Source: Macrostomum lignano
Lineage: Eukaryota
DNA length: 64,000 bases
Reading direction: 5' to 3'
Assembly: GCA_002269645.1 (NCBI GenBank)
Contig: NIVC01000317.1
Coordinates: forward strand, 62,001-126,000
Below, in pieces: positions 13,071-26,863 of the stretch. Made by a program: the position numbers and the translations under genes. The first letter of the stretch is position 1. Every line of letters starts with the position of its first letter. Below the pieces are notes generated by a model that was not told the DNA's origin, searched no databases, and was given only the letters and a program-made list of their open reading frames with translations.

Positions 13071-13544
13071 TTCGGTAAGAGCGGGTTGTGTGCGCAGAAA
13101 AAACTCTTTGGCCGTCTAACTGGACTTTATAAATTGAATAATTTACATGAAAATTTATTGCCAGGATTTCCCAATTTAGAGCATAAAAGTTTTCAGCCAT
13201 TTATCTGATTAGTAAAGTACAGTGGCACTTCCAAAGATCTGGTGAGAGAGATTCTGACCCTCCTGAATCTCAGAAAAATTTATAGCCCACTAAGGCAGCC
13301 AATCTGCACAGCCTCCGGAGAGATGAAGGAGGCCGACAAATAATCGAAGTCCAACTCAGAACCGGATGCGAATTTTCCATAGTACGGGGTTAAATCAGAG
13401 ATCGGGTGAGATTGCATGGAGAGATTACGGGAGTCCCAATGGCCGAATCCAGAGAACTCTAAGATTTGCACCAGAGAACTTCTACTCGAGAATTACATGC
13501 ATGTAAAAGAGGGAGGCGAAAGAGGGAGTGAGGTAGGGGTTCAG

Positions 13545-14300
13545 AGGGAAAGAGAGAGAGGGAGAGAAGGAGAGAGGGAGAGAGGGAGAGAGGGAGAGAG
13601 GGAGAGAGGGAGAGAGGGACAGAGGGACAGAGGGAGAGAAGGAGAGAGGGAGAGAGGGAGAGAGGGAGAGAGGGACAGAGGGAGAGAGGGAGAGAGGGAG
13701 AGAGGGAGAGAGGGAGAGAGGGAGAGAGGGAGAGAGGGAGAGAGGGAGAGAGGGAGAGAGGAGAGAGGGAGAGAGGGAGAGAGGGAGAGAGGGAGAGAGG
13801 GAGAGAGGGACAGAGGACAGAGGGAGAGAGGGAGAGAGGGAGAGAGGGAGAGAGGGAGAGAGGGAGAGAGGGAGAGAGGGAGAGAGGGAGAGAGGGAGAG
13901 AGGGAGAGAGGGAGAGAAGGAGAGAGGGAGAGAGGGAGTGAGGGAGAGAGGGAGAGAGGGACAGAGGGACAGAGGGAGAGAGGGAGAGAGGGAGAGAGGG
14001 AGAGAGGGAGAGAGGGAGAGAGGGAGAGAGGGAGAGAGGGAGAGAGGGAGAGAGGGAGAGAGGAGAGAGGGAGAGAGGGAGAGAGGGAGAGAGGGAGAGA
14101 GGGAGAGAGGGAGAGAGAGGAGAGAGGGAGAGAGGGAGAGAGGGAGAGAGGGAGAGAGGGAGAGAGGGAGAGAGGGACAGAGGGAGAGAGGAGAGAGGGA
14201 GAGAGGGAGAGAGGGAGAGAGGGAGAGAGGGAGAGAGGGAGAGAGGGACAGAGGGAGAGAGGGAGAGAGGGAGAGAGGGAGAGAGGGACAGAGGGAGAGG
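13545..14300. repeat. (GGGAGAGA)n
   Basis: 8-bp unit. Confidence 0.95.
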
Positions 14301-14869
14301 CAGAGCGGCACAGGGCAGGCAAGAGATGGTCAGCGAGTCACAAGACTCCAGTCCGATGGCCCTCTTATTTGGCCAGCTTATCTCAGAATCGAACTCACCA
14401 ACAACTTTGCGCCTCAATTTGCAGTTGATTTCTGGACGATAGCCAAAAAGTCAGTTGTTAATAATTCAGGTGAGTTCTGCACTATACTAGCTGGCAGTTC
14501 GGCAGGTACTCGAACTCTCGGCTAATCCCCCCCACAAAGCCCCCTCCCCACTAGAGGAGGGCAATTCGGCCGATTCGCACTTTGAAGCGGGCCGCCCGTG
14601 CGCATGGGAGGCGATCGATAGCCGCTCCGCCAGAAAGCCCGGCGAGGATCACGGCCAGACCACGTGACTCGTCCAGCCCAGTGAGCAATAAAAACGAGAG
14701 AAAATTGCAACCCCCCTCTCTGCCGGCGCAGTCGGAACGAAACTTTATCGATGAGCATTGGGCTAGGGGGTTTGGGGTTCAATGGCTGCATGGGAGTTGA
14801 GGGTGAGAGCAAAGAGCGAGTCTACAATTAATGAGCTTGGATAATCAGAAGTTGCTATCTACCTCTACT

Positions 14870-15270
14870 CCTGTCTCTGACCCTACTAACCTACCCTTCC
14901 CCTTCTTCCCTCTCTCCTTCTCTACCTCTCCTCTCTCCCTCCCTCTCATCTCTACATCCTCTCTCTCTCGCTCTCACCTCTACCCCTCTCCCTCTCCCTC
15001 TCCCTCTCATCTCTACCTATCCCCTCCCCCTCTCATCTCTACCTATCCCCCTCTCATCTCTACCCCTCTCTTCTCCCTCTCATCTCTACCTATCCCCTCT
15101 CCCTCTTATCTCAATATCTTCTCTCTGACTTTCATCTTTACTCCTGTTCTCGCTTTCATATTCTATCTCTACCTCTCCTCTCTCCTCCTCATCTCTACCT
15201 CTTCCCTCTTCCTCTTATCTTTCATCTGTATTGATCTCGATTTCTCGTCTTCTCTCCTGCCCCCCTTCCC
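14870..15270. repeat. CT-rich low-complexity tract
   Basis: ctctcatctctac-like units. Confidence 0.85.
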
Positions 15271-15941
15271 AACCTCCCAATCGAGCCTCGTCACCCTCAC
15301 TTCCATTGGAATTTAAATTCAAATAAAACAATGCAATTAAAAAGCAGACTGAAAAAACTGATAAATAAGCTTTGCTCAGCGCGCTGGCCAGCAACCCCGG
15401 GGGTTTCAACACCAATGATTAATGTCGCAGAAATAGCGCAAACTTGTGTATTAAAATTTACCCGCAGCCTAGCTGGGTGACAGATGTAGAGAACAGCGCG
15501 AAATCTGCTTGCGTGGAGAGAGAGAGAGGGTGGGGGGAGACAGAGAGGCAGATACGAGGCCAACTTTGAGAGCGGGGACCGCTTGCGTGTCAGATATGCG
15601 CCTGCACACACCACCTTGACTGGCTGGGTGATCGATGGCCAGCCTAAGTGCACTGCGGCCGCTCTCACGCGCTGAATTAATGCCTGCTGATGAAGCTATT
15701 GAGGGAGCAGGGAAAGAAGCTGGGAGAACGACTTCGGTCAGGTCTAATCCCCCCGCATCGGATTAATGCGGTGCATTTATGCGGAATCTGGCCCACCTGC
15801 TCTAGCCCCTCCCTGCTGCCCTCCCTGCTGCCCTCCCTAGAACACTCCTTGCAACCCTCCCCGAAACCCTCTCTGCTGCTTTTCCTGCAATCTTCCCCGC
15901 AACCTTTCCTGAAACCCTCCCTGCAACCCAGCTCAGCTCAC

Positions 15942-16074
15942 CGGAATCGCATGACGGCCGCAACCAGAAAAAAGGCGGCAATGATGGCGCCGCAGACGGC
16001 AAAAACCACCGACTGCTTGAAGGTGATCGGCGGCCTATTGGAATCTGCGTCTGCTCCCTCTGAGTCTTTGCGAG
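15942..16074 (-). CDS. Orphan single-pass membrane protein, exon 2 (TM helix)
   Basis: ccccgcag|CT acceptor (phase 1), CG|gtgagc donor (phase 2). Encodes SVVFAVCGAIIAAFFLVAAVMRF. Confidence 0.8.
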
Positions 16075-16149
16075 CTGCGGGGAAATTCGGACTCCAATGA
16101 GCTCAGTGGCTCTGCAACTGAATGCAACTTGCTTGCGGAGCTTGGAGCT

Positions 16150-16503
16150 CTCCCTGCAACCCTTCTCTCCCTGCACCCCTTCTCTCCCTGCAACCCTTAT
16201 CTCCCTGCAACCCTTATCTCCCTGCAACCCTTATCTCCCTGCAACCCTTCTCTCCCTACAACCCTTATCTCCCTACAACCCTTCTCTCCCTGCAACCCTT
16301 ATCTCCCTGCAACCCTTATCTCCCTGCAACCCTTCTCTCCCTGCAACCCTTCTCTCCCTGCAACCCTTCTCTCCCTGCAACCCTTCTCTCCCTGCAACCC
16401 TTCTCTCCCTGCAACCCTTCTCTCCCTGCAACCCTTCTTTCCCTGCAACGCTTCTCTCCCTGCAACCCTTCTCTCCCTGCAACCCTTCTCTCCCTGCAAC
16501 CCT
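16150..16503. repeat. 17-bp minisatellite (CCCTGCAACCCTTCTCT)n
   Basis: Fills intron 1; degenerate copies at 15805-15930. Confidence 0.93.
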
Positions 16504-16517
16504 GTCCGCCAGCTCAC

Positions 16518-16941
16518 CAGATCCGTTAGGATTGTGAACAAAATAAAAATGCGAGTCGTTGCCGGCCCAACCGCCGGTCCGGTTCACCAGCTCGACAACC
16601 GCCGTCTCGACGCTGCCCGACGGCTCGCGCGGCTGCGAGCTTGGCGGCTGTCGGCAGTCGCGCAGATTCACCCGCAGCTGCAGGCCGGCATTGTCTGGCA
16701 GGACGGCTACACTGGCCGAGGCGACTCCAGCGCACAGGGACACCGCGGTTGCGTCATCGGCTGTCAGGGCGCCTTCCAGAGCGGCGACCAGCCTTGGCGG
16801 AGCGGCCAGAGCCGCCAGCTGCTGTGGCAGAGCAGTGGAGGCAGAGAGCAGCAGCAGAACAACTCGGCGCAATTCTAAGAAACTCATAGCGGACTGTTGC
16901 AGGGGCGGCAGAGTTGACAAAGCTCTCCAGTAGCTGCTCAT
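16518..16941 (-). CDS. Orphan single-pass membrane protein, exon 1 (signal peptide and short ectodomain)
   Basis: ATG at 16941, or at 16887 giving MSFLELRRVVLLLLSASTALP, which is signal-peptide-like. Donor TCT G|gtgagc. All five exons join in frame to about 543 aa. Confidence 0.75.
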
Positions 16942-17340
16942 GACCGGATCAGTGTGGGGGTTTCCACTGCTTACAGAGGATATTTTTGTTCTAAAAACTC
17001 CCCTCTACCCTCAGCGCGGAGTCAGCCACGCCAGCTCTAGCGAGCGTTTCCCAGGCAAGGGCGCTCAGCTGTCCTCAGCCAATGCCGGACCCAAAAAGCG
17101 ACTGCGCTGCGAGAGGGCATGCGGGGGGGGGGGTGGGGGGTGGACAGGGAGGCGACACACGCGCGGCGGCTGTGCGGTGTGGGAATCGAAACTGGGAGTG
17201 CGGCGGCAGTGAACAGTCGCTCCGATTTGGTAGCGACACGCCGCTTGGCCTGAACTGCGCTGCTTGGGATTGGGGTATGTTTATTGGCCACTGGGTTTCT
17301 GCCAGCTCTCGCTACTGAGCTACACTTCTGATCCCCGGTT

Positions 17341-17366
17341 TGTAGGTAGGTAGGTAGGTAGGTAGG

Positions 17367-17401
<35 letters not shown>

Positions 17402-17460
17402 ATAGATAGACAGACAGACAGATAGACAGACAGACAGACAGATAGACAGACAGACAGACA
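17341..17460. repeat. Compound (TAGG)(TAGA)(CAGA) microsatellite
   Basis: Directly visible. Confidence 0.92.
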
Positions 17461-18069
17461 GAGGAGACAAGAGGGCAGAGGGAGGGAAGGGAGAAGAGAA
17501 GGGAGAGGAGCTGGAGAGCGAAGGGGAAAGAAGAGTGAGAGGGGAGACCGCCAGAGATGGGCATTGGGAACTTCCCCATCGCCAGCTTCAATAGGCTTTG
17601 CAATCCCATATCCGGTCTGGCTGGAGCCGCGGTCACATGCAGAGAGAGGGTCCTGATCCGTACAAGTCCATGTACTGAAGCAATCGGATGGATCCATAGT
17701 TCGCATCGAGGTCACACAAATTAAGAGGCTGTTCTCTGATTAGGTCGATCAGAAATCAGAGACAGACAGACAGTATAGCTGAGAGAATGAATGATCCAGG
17801 ATGCTGGACCGGACCCCAATTACACTAAGTGGCGGTGCTACTGAGCTCCCATCAGGCCTTGCAAACCTGCCGCTTTGATGGCTTGCTTTCAAAAGCCCAT
17901 CGGAATCAGATACTTGCGAGTTAATTAAAGTTATACCAAATTAAGGAGAGAGAGAAGGTTAAATAGAAAAGGGACAGGAAACAGAGATGAGACAGAGGAG
18001 AAAACAGATTTAAGAGTTGGAAATCGAATACAACAGGGGAGAGGGACGGCTTGATGGGACGTCAAGTCA

Positions 18070-19055
18070 GCAGAGAAGTATGCTCAGACAGACAAAGGTA
18101 CAGCAGAGGAGCATACTGAGACAAGAGGCACAGCAGAGGAGCATACTCAGGCACAGCAGAGGAGCATACTCAGGCACAGCAGAGGAGCATACTCAGGAAC
18201 AGCAGAGCATACTCAGGAACAGCGGAGGAGCATACTCAGGCACAGCAAAGCATACTCAGGAACAGCAGAGGAGCATACTCAAGCACAGCAGAGCATACTC
18301 AAGCACAGCAGAGGAGCATACTCAGGCACAGCAGAGGAGCATACTCAGGAACAGCAGAGGAGCATACTCAGGCACAGCAAAGCATACTCAGGCACAGCAG
18401 AGGAGCATACTCAGGCACAGCAGAGGAGCATACTCAGGCACAGCAGAGGAGCATACTCAGGAACAGCAGAGGAGCATACTCAGGAACAGCAGAGGAGCAT
18501 ACTCAGGAACAGCAGAGGAGCATACTCAGGAACAGCAGAGGAGCATACTCAGGAACAGCAGAGGAGCATACTCAGGAACAGCAGAGGAGCATACTCAGGC
18601 ACAGCAGAGGAGCATACTCAGGCACAGCAGAGGAGCATACTCAGGAACAGCAGAGGAGCATACTCAGGAACAGCAGAGGAGCATACTCAGGCACAGCAGA
18701 GGAGCATACTCAGGCACAGCAGAGGAGCATACTCAGGAACAGCAGAGGAGCATACTCAGGCACAGCAGAGGAGCATACTCAGGAACAGCAGAGGAGCATA
18801 CTCAGGAACAGCAGAGGAGCATACTCAGGCACAGCAGAGGAGCATACTCAGGCACAGCAGAGGAGCATACTCAGGAACAGCAGAGGAGCATACTCAGGCA
18901 CAGCAGAGGAGCATACTCAGGAACAGCAGAGGAGCATACTCAGGAACAGCAGAGGAGCATACTCAGGCACAGCAGAGGAGCATACTCAGGCACAGCAGAG
19001 CATACTCAGGAACAGCAGAGGAGCATACTCAGGAACAGCAGAGGAGTATACTCAG
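18070..19055. repeat. 23-bp minisatellite
   Basis: Unit gg(a/c)acagcagaggagcatactca. Confidence 0.95.
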
Positions 19056-19544
19056 ACAGAGACAGCCGGCAGGCTTCGCAAGCCACAAAACACAGGAAGG
19101 CCCAAGGCTGCACTAGCAGGGACATAGTCAGATTTGCAATGAAATTAAATATTGAGATTGTATTTGCGTTACTCTTTGGCTATTTGTAATCAGCCAAAGC
19201 AGCCGGATAATGTTGAAGCAGGAGAGCGGGTTCTGTTTGTAGAAAGCAAATATTAGCAGAAATCATTGCTTGATTGAACAATGTGAGGTAGGAAAGAAAC
19301 GATTGCAAAAAAGGCCAAATATTGAAATCGCACACGTTGAACCGTGCAGTTTTAGTCAAAATATCTTACTAAATTATCAACGCAATTTTTCAATATATTG
19401 TGCTCTTTTCTAACAGACACGCGGGCAAAACACCAACTGAATGAGATTCATTTATGGTACGTAAATATTAGTTACAAATTGGAGTTTATTATAGATGTAC
19501 CAATCAGCAATCAGCAACCGTCTTGACCAGTCAGCAATAAGAAG

Positions 19545-19752
19545 GCCCCCACCTCCCACCGCCTTGGCCAATCAGCGATCAGCAGACTCCCATCGCCTTG
19601 GCCAATCAGCGACCAGCAGGCTCCCACCGCCTTGGCCAATCAGCGACCAGCAGGCTCCCACCTCCCACCGCCTTGGCCAATCAGCGACCAGCAGATTCCC
19701 ACCGCCTTGGCCAATCAGCGACCAGCAGGCTCCCACCGCCTTGGCCAATCAG
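19545..19752. repeat. ~34-bp minisatellite with six GGCCAATCAG boxes
   Basis: Unit ccgccttggccaatcagcgaccagcaggctccca. Confidence 0.9.
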
Positions 19753-20521
19753 ACTTCAGTAATAATATACTACGGCGCTGACAAATCAGTGGTCGAAAAA
19801 TTCGTCTTAAACTTATTTTTGAACAAGAGAGACAAAAATTTAGAGAAAACAAAAAGAAAAAACGACAATAAAAAGAAATAATTAAGCGCTTGTTTTGAAG
19901 CTGAATTATCAGCAAAGCTTTGCTGCTGAAAGAAGAATAAATGTATACGAGCTCTAGAGAGCCTTGAAGCTGATGTGATCAAAAAGACGCAGAAAACATT
20001 AAGATTGATATGCCCAAGCAAGCTGTTTGTGGCAGCAAAAAATCTGATGCTTTGGAGTAAAGAAACCAGGAGGCAAGTGTTACTAATAGTAGCATTCAAT
20101 GTAAGTGCGAAAAAGCATAATTTTTGTAATTGTCTAGCAGTTACACTGGCTTAATCACAGAAACAAAATTTGAAGAAACAATTTAAAGAAATTAAACTGA
20201 CTAAGGATTGTTGACTGCAAACAGAAGAATAAAACTGCAACAATAAAATGCTCAATAATATAACCAAAATAAAACTGTCAGACTCAGAACTGTGCAGAAT
20301 AAAAGATAAAACGATCTACTCATAAAGATGCTATCGTTAAATGGACTTCTGTATGCTAAAAGGGGGCGTCAGCGCCAACTTAAGCACAAGAATGGAGATC
20401 CCTGGCTTCGCTTCCTCTTTGTCCTTCATAGCAAGCCTTCTCAGTATTAAGAGAAACTGTCTTTAAAGCAATTCTTTCTAAAGGCTGGATGCACTTTATA
20501 TGGTGTTTCAAACTTTTTCTA

Positions 20522-20816
20522 GTTGATTACACCTGCCCCGATTCGGCCAGATGTGCAACCGACAGCTCAGCCGCAGCTATTGCGCGGCGTATCTGAAAGC
20601 TGAGTACGGCTGTTCAGTCCAAGGACTGGGGGGTCGCCACACACACCCTCAATTACCCCAGCTAATGCTGGCACCCATTTTACAGCTGGGTGAACTGTAG
20701 CAATGCAGAGTTAAGTGTCTTGCTCAAGGACACAAATTGTTCCAGTGGGATTGGTAATCGAACCCCCGACCTTCGAATTGTGAGTCGGACGCTCTAACCA
20801 CTGGGCTACAGTCCCC
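20522..20816 (-). mobile_element. tRNA-derived SINE with CORE-like central domain
   Basis: Minus strand: A box TAGCCCAGTGG, B box GGTTCGATT, then gtgtccttgagcaagacacttaac...gctgtaaaatggg, compared with MIR CORE ccttgggcaagtcacttaac...ctgtaaaatggg. The 3' end is approximate. Confidence 0.85.
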
Positions 20817-21782
20817 TTCACACAACAGGCACAACAGGCTAGATGCCTTCCCTAGAGACCTTCCCCGCGCTGACACACATGCATCTCCAGTGCCATCATC
20901 AGCCGCAACAGGGCCGTAGTCCCACCGGAGCGGTCACCTCCTCATTTAATGCTGAAGAGCTCTGCAGATCGGCTTTATGGACGTCACTGCATCCAGTAAC
21001 GACCTCCAAGTAAATTGGGAATAAATGCAGGCTGCATGAAGGACTCGAAGTCGCTCCTGCGCTCGCTAGGACAGGCCCAACCAGGTCCAGGTCACCTGTT
21101 TGTTGCAGTATCTACGAGACCCTTCTCTCGCTCGCTCGCCACCAGGACACGAATCGAACTGCAGTGCCCCAGGAAAAAGCAAGACCAAGACCGAGATCGG
21201 TTTCTGGTTTTTTTCGCCATCGTCAGTCAGTCAGTCATGGCCACACGCCATTCTCTCCCGCCACTCTCAGCGTGTAGAGACATTTCTTTATTGTCAGAGA
21301 TTTCACGATTCAAATCTGTATCTCCTGTCTACTGTTCTCAGAAGTCTAAACTGATTCTCTCACAAGCTGGATGGGATGTCTCGGCGTTTCTAGTCGACTG
21401 GGCCAACTACGATTATTAATCGAGATTGTATTCAGGACCCGATTAGAGTGGAAGGGAGAGGGAATAGAAGATGAGAGACGAGAGAAGAGACGAGGTGAGA
21501 GATGGCATGAGTGAAGAGATAAGATAAAATATAAGAGGAGAGGAGAGGACAGACGAGAGAATGAGGGGAGAGTGGAGACGGAGAGAGAAGAGAAGAAGGG
21601 AAGAGAGGAGTGAAGAGAAAACAGACACAAACCTTGACCCAGCCAGATTGCTATTGTGAAGTTTCAAAGGACCTGAGGGCCGGATAGAGAGAGGCGGAGT
21701 TTGCCGACTCCTCCACTAAAGTACGAGAGCACTGAGTTACCAGTACGAGCGAACTTGAGAACGAGCGCGCATATTCAGCCGG

Positions 21783-21923
21783 TTAAAAATAGAAAAACTG
21801 CAACCGACGGTTGCCAAAGTCGCACACGCACAGGCAGTTCCAGTGGTCCAGGCTGGCCAGGCCGCGCACCATTCGAAAGCGGCCGATCGCTGAGCTTTTC
21901 TCGCAGCCCAGCCTAGCCAAGAG

Positions 21924-21971
<48 letters not shown>

Positions 21972-22712
21972 GTCAACGGCCGAGTCGATGACGGCCACAG
22001 TGCACTGGCTGGCGCCGTAGGCAACGTACAGGCAGCCCTCCCAGTCGACGCAGATGAAGCCGGGGCAGTTCAGCCTGTAGCGCTGCACAACCCGACTGAG
22101 ATCGCTAGTCGAAAACGCGAATATACAATTGGCTACGGTGTCGCTAACGAATAGCCGGTTGCCATGGCAACAGACCGAGTGCAGGTCGTGAAATTCTTCG
22201 TGGCGCAGTGTATAAAAATACCGATATGTATCGCAGTGATAGACGTCGACATTGCCAACAATGGAGTTGGTGACGTACAGCAGAGCTCGGAGGGGATCAA
22301 CGCAGAGGCCGCTGGGGTGCAGCAGGCCGGTGATGAGGTGCACGCACTCCAATGCCAGGTTGCACACGTGCACCCGGCTCTGATGCCAGTTGGCCAGCAG
22401 CAGCAGCTCTCCCCGCTCCTGGTAGTGCAGAGCCAGGCGCTGCCGGTGCCTCAGCTGGACGCGGGTCAGCGGCGAGAAGCTCAAGTTCGAAGAGTTGGAC
22501 GAGTTGGTAGCGGTTACAACACCACAGGCAATCAGTTCGACTTCACCGTTGTCATGGGAACAATATAGCAGGGTTCGGGGCAGGCGGCGCCAGCTGTGGT
22601 CGGGGCGGTTGCGGCGAAGGGAGCTGCAGCCTGCCGAGGGGCAGTAGTAGAGCACCTGGGTGTGCCGAACCAGGACCACGTCGTAGGGGTCCGAGTGACA
22701 CTGGTAGACCGA
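21783..22712 (-). CDS. TRIM-NHL-like E3 ligase, exon 2 (NHL/beta-propeller repeats)
   Basis: ccccgcag|TCG acceptor, 930 nt to stop. Repeats [56 protein letters not shown] are NHL-like. Confidence 0.88.
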
Positions 22713-22744
22713 CTGCGGGGAGAGGGGTGAGAATGACGGACTGA

Positions 22745-24263
<1,519 letters not shown>

Positions 24264-24282
24264 CCAATCAGCTCGCGCGCAC

Positions 24283-25032
24283 CTGCCGAATACTCTGCCA
24301 ATCCTTGCGCCTGATGCAGCCCGCCCCAAGCAGTTCCTTGACGCCACCGGGTCCTCCTCCAGTTGAAGACAGTTTCAAAGGGCAGTTGCTGCCTAGCAGA
24401 GCCAGCAGCTGCTGGGCGCACGTGACAACCAGCTGCTGATCGGTCGGGTTGACAATCAACGACTGACCACTTCCAGCAGCCTGCAAAGCCAGCTGGCTGC
24501 ACTCGGTCTGCACTTCAGTTAGCAGAGACCTCAACTGCTGCACTGATGAAGATGAGTTACCTCCGCCGCCGCTGCCGCACTGTCCAATGTGCCAGACAAA
24601 ATGCTTTTGGCACAGCGATCGCTTGCAGTCGGGACAGGCGTTAGTCGCCAGCCGGTCGGAGTCGCACAGGCAGCAGTAGGCGAGGCTGTCCAGTAGGGAG
24701 CCGGCCAGTAGGTTTCTAGGAAAGCCAAGCTCTTGCTGCTGCTGCTGCACCGGGTGCTCACGGCGACAGACCGGACAGTGGACGACAGTCCTGACGCCTT
24801 CAATGCCGGCAACGGAAGTCGGTACGACTAAACGGAGCAGGCAGGCGCGGCAAAAGGTGTGCTGGCATGGCAACTGCAGCGGATCGGTGAGCAGCTCTAG
24901 GCAGATGCCGCACTCCAGATGCTGCTGGACTCGGCAAAGCGGACTCGCCGATGAAGAGGTGGCTGCTGGCAGACTCTGCTGCTGCTGCTGCTGCTGCTGG
25001 TAGCCGTTGGTCCGGCAGTTGGAGTTCAGCAT
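24283..25032 (-). CDS. TRIM-NHL-like E3 ligase, exon 1 (C3HC4 RING and B-box)
   Basis: [24 protein letters not shown]...CPVC is a RING; CCLC...[16 protein letters not shown] is a B-box. Donor CAG|gtgcgc, phase 0. Spliced product about 559 aa. Confidence 0.92.
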
Positions 25033-25289
25033 GTCGCCTACTCTGAAGACAAATTAATGCAATTATTATAAGGCGCAGCAGATTTCTCAGAGCATTTGCC
25101 ACCGAGCTACTGTCAATTCAGTAATATCTATATTGTAACCGTCCATATTTTGATTTAATAATCCAGATAACTCGCCTAGATCGACGTCAAATCATCTAGC
25201 ATATTTCTACTCGTTCTCGTAAATGGACCATTGCCTATGGTTTTGAGTTTTTTTCTGTGAATGTGTGTGCATCGCAAGGCATTTATTGT

Positions 25290-25590
25290 GTAGTCAAACC
25301 ACAGGTACTAGAAAAACCAGATGGGCCACTCAGCACATTTGCGTGTTAAGCTACTTTCAATTCAATAGTATGTTAAATAGAAGCATTTTAATGTACTTTT
25401 AAAGCCAAGACTCATTGATTGGCTCTAACCCCCCCCCCCCCAGCCCAAACCCTCCAACCGCACCGCGCCTTTCTACACTACCCCGCCCGCCCCGCCCCCG
25501 CCTTTCTCAGAATTCCACCTTAGTGGACTGGCTAATGTACATTATTGCTGAACCAATTAAGCAGATTGTTTACGCCTGCAAGCTTGGGTT
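25290..25590. mobile_element. Dispersed repeat, partial copy of the element at 26395
   Basis: Shares ggccactcagcacatttgcgtg...gaagcattttaatgta...gtggactggctaatgtacattattg...gtttacgcctgcaagctt with 26.4-26.7 kb. Confidence 0.7.
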
Positions 25591-26394
25591 AATGCCTGTG
25601 CTTTTAAGAGTCGTTTTATAGTATTTGCGTAGAATTCTAGTGCACACCACAGCTGCGCCATGGCGCTTTAGCTTCACTGCAATTGCTTAATAGGCAACAT
25701 AATATATAGGCGAGCTTGTGGGGCTTCTCTAGGATTTATTCTAGTTTAATTGGTCATCCTAAAGTCGCGTTGTAAGAAGGGGCAATTTAGATTAACTGGC
25801 AGCGATTGGCTAAGTATGTACATCGATCATAAAATTCACGATTTTATTGCCAGCCTGCAGGCTAATGTCTGCATTCTGCAATTAAACTCTCTACCCCAAT
25901 TTAACTGCTTAACTAACAAGTCACGTGCTTAAAGCCGCAGTGGCAGACTAATGTATATTATTTGATTGCTTCTTTGCCTGCCCTATTTAATTGTTTTTCA
26001 CTGAAATCAACTGCCTTCTCTGAAATAGCTAGCTTGTAGGCTATCTAAAAATAGCTTTCCCAACTTAGCGAGTTAGGGACGAAAAATCCGAGGTTAACAA
26101 AACTTCGAATCTTTGAAACACAAAGATTTAAGCGCAGTGTATTTATTGAACTTCCGCCGTTCAATATTTAATTATTTTTTAACCACCTCGGAATCAAAGC
26201 TCCAGCACGATATATACAATACAATAAGTCCAGTAGAATCAAGTACAGATGAAAATTGGCAAACGTAAAAATGCAAATTCAACAGATTTGTTGTCCCGAT
26301 AAAAAAAGCGTTTTATATCCATTCCGGCTAGCACCTTTGATGCCTTTAAATTGGATTCGTTCCTATTTAGTTCTGGTGGTGCCACAGATACTAG

Positions 26395-26820
26395 AATAAC
26401 TAAATAGGCCACTCAGCACATTTGCGTGTAAGCTACTTTTAGTTCAGTAGTAATTTAAACGAAGCATTTTAATGTATTTTTGAAGCGAAGGCTCATTTAT
26501 CGGCCCTTACCCCCCCCAGCTTAAACCCTCCAAACTATCCCCCGCCCCAATTTTATTGCCTTTCTCGGAATTCCACCCGAAAGCTGCCATGTACATTTCA
26601 GTGGACTGGCCAATGTAGATTTCAGTGGACTGGCCAATGTACATTATTGTTGAACCAATTAGCAAGCTGTTTACGCCTGCAAGCTTTGGCTTCTAAGCTT
26701 TTCATTTCTTCTAAGCTGTCATTTCAGCTGCCTTTATTTTATTAAATGGCAATAGCTTATGTATTTTTCTTAGCTAATTTTACTAAGTATATATATGCCT
26801 CAGTGGCCCATCTAGTTATT
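26395..26820. mobile_element. Non-autonomous DNA element with ~27-bp imperfect inverted ends (MITE or Helentron-associated type)
   Basis: aataactaaataggccactcagcacat at 26395 and the inverse of aataactagatgggccactgaggcatat at 26793-26820. Confidence 0.6.
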
Positions 26821-26863
26821 TTTTAATCCGTGGAAGGTGCTGTCTAGGACAAGGATTCTGCTA

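Noticed and set aside
12030-14525. Pro/Leu/Ser-rich and Arg/Glu/Gly-rich ORFs
   Set aside because: Satellite translations inside intron 2 of the membrane-protein gene. The same applies to similar ORFs at 18.0, 31, 33, 37, 40, 43 and 45 kb.
18070-19055. CRISPR-like regular repeats (also 41465-44195 and 48370-48686)
   Set aside because: Head-to-tail units with no unique spacers, no cas genes, and a eukaryotic context.
20745-20816. tRNA gene
   Set aside because: A and B boxes are present, but the sequence runs into a CORE-like SINE body and lacks a proper acceptor stem.
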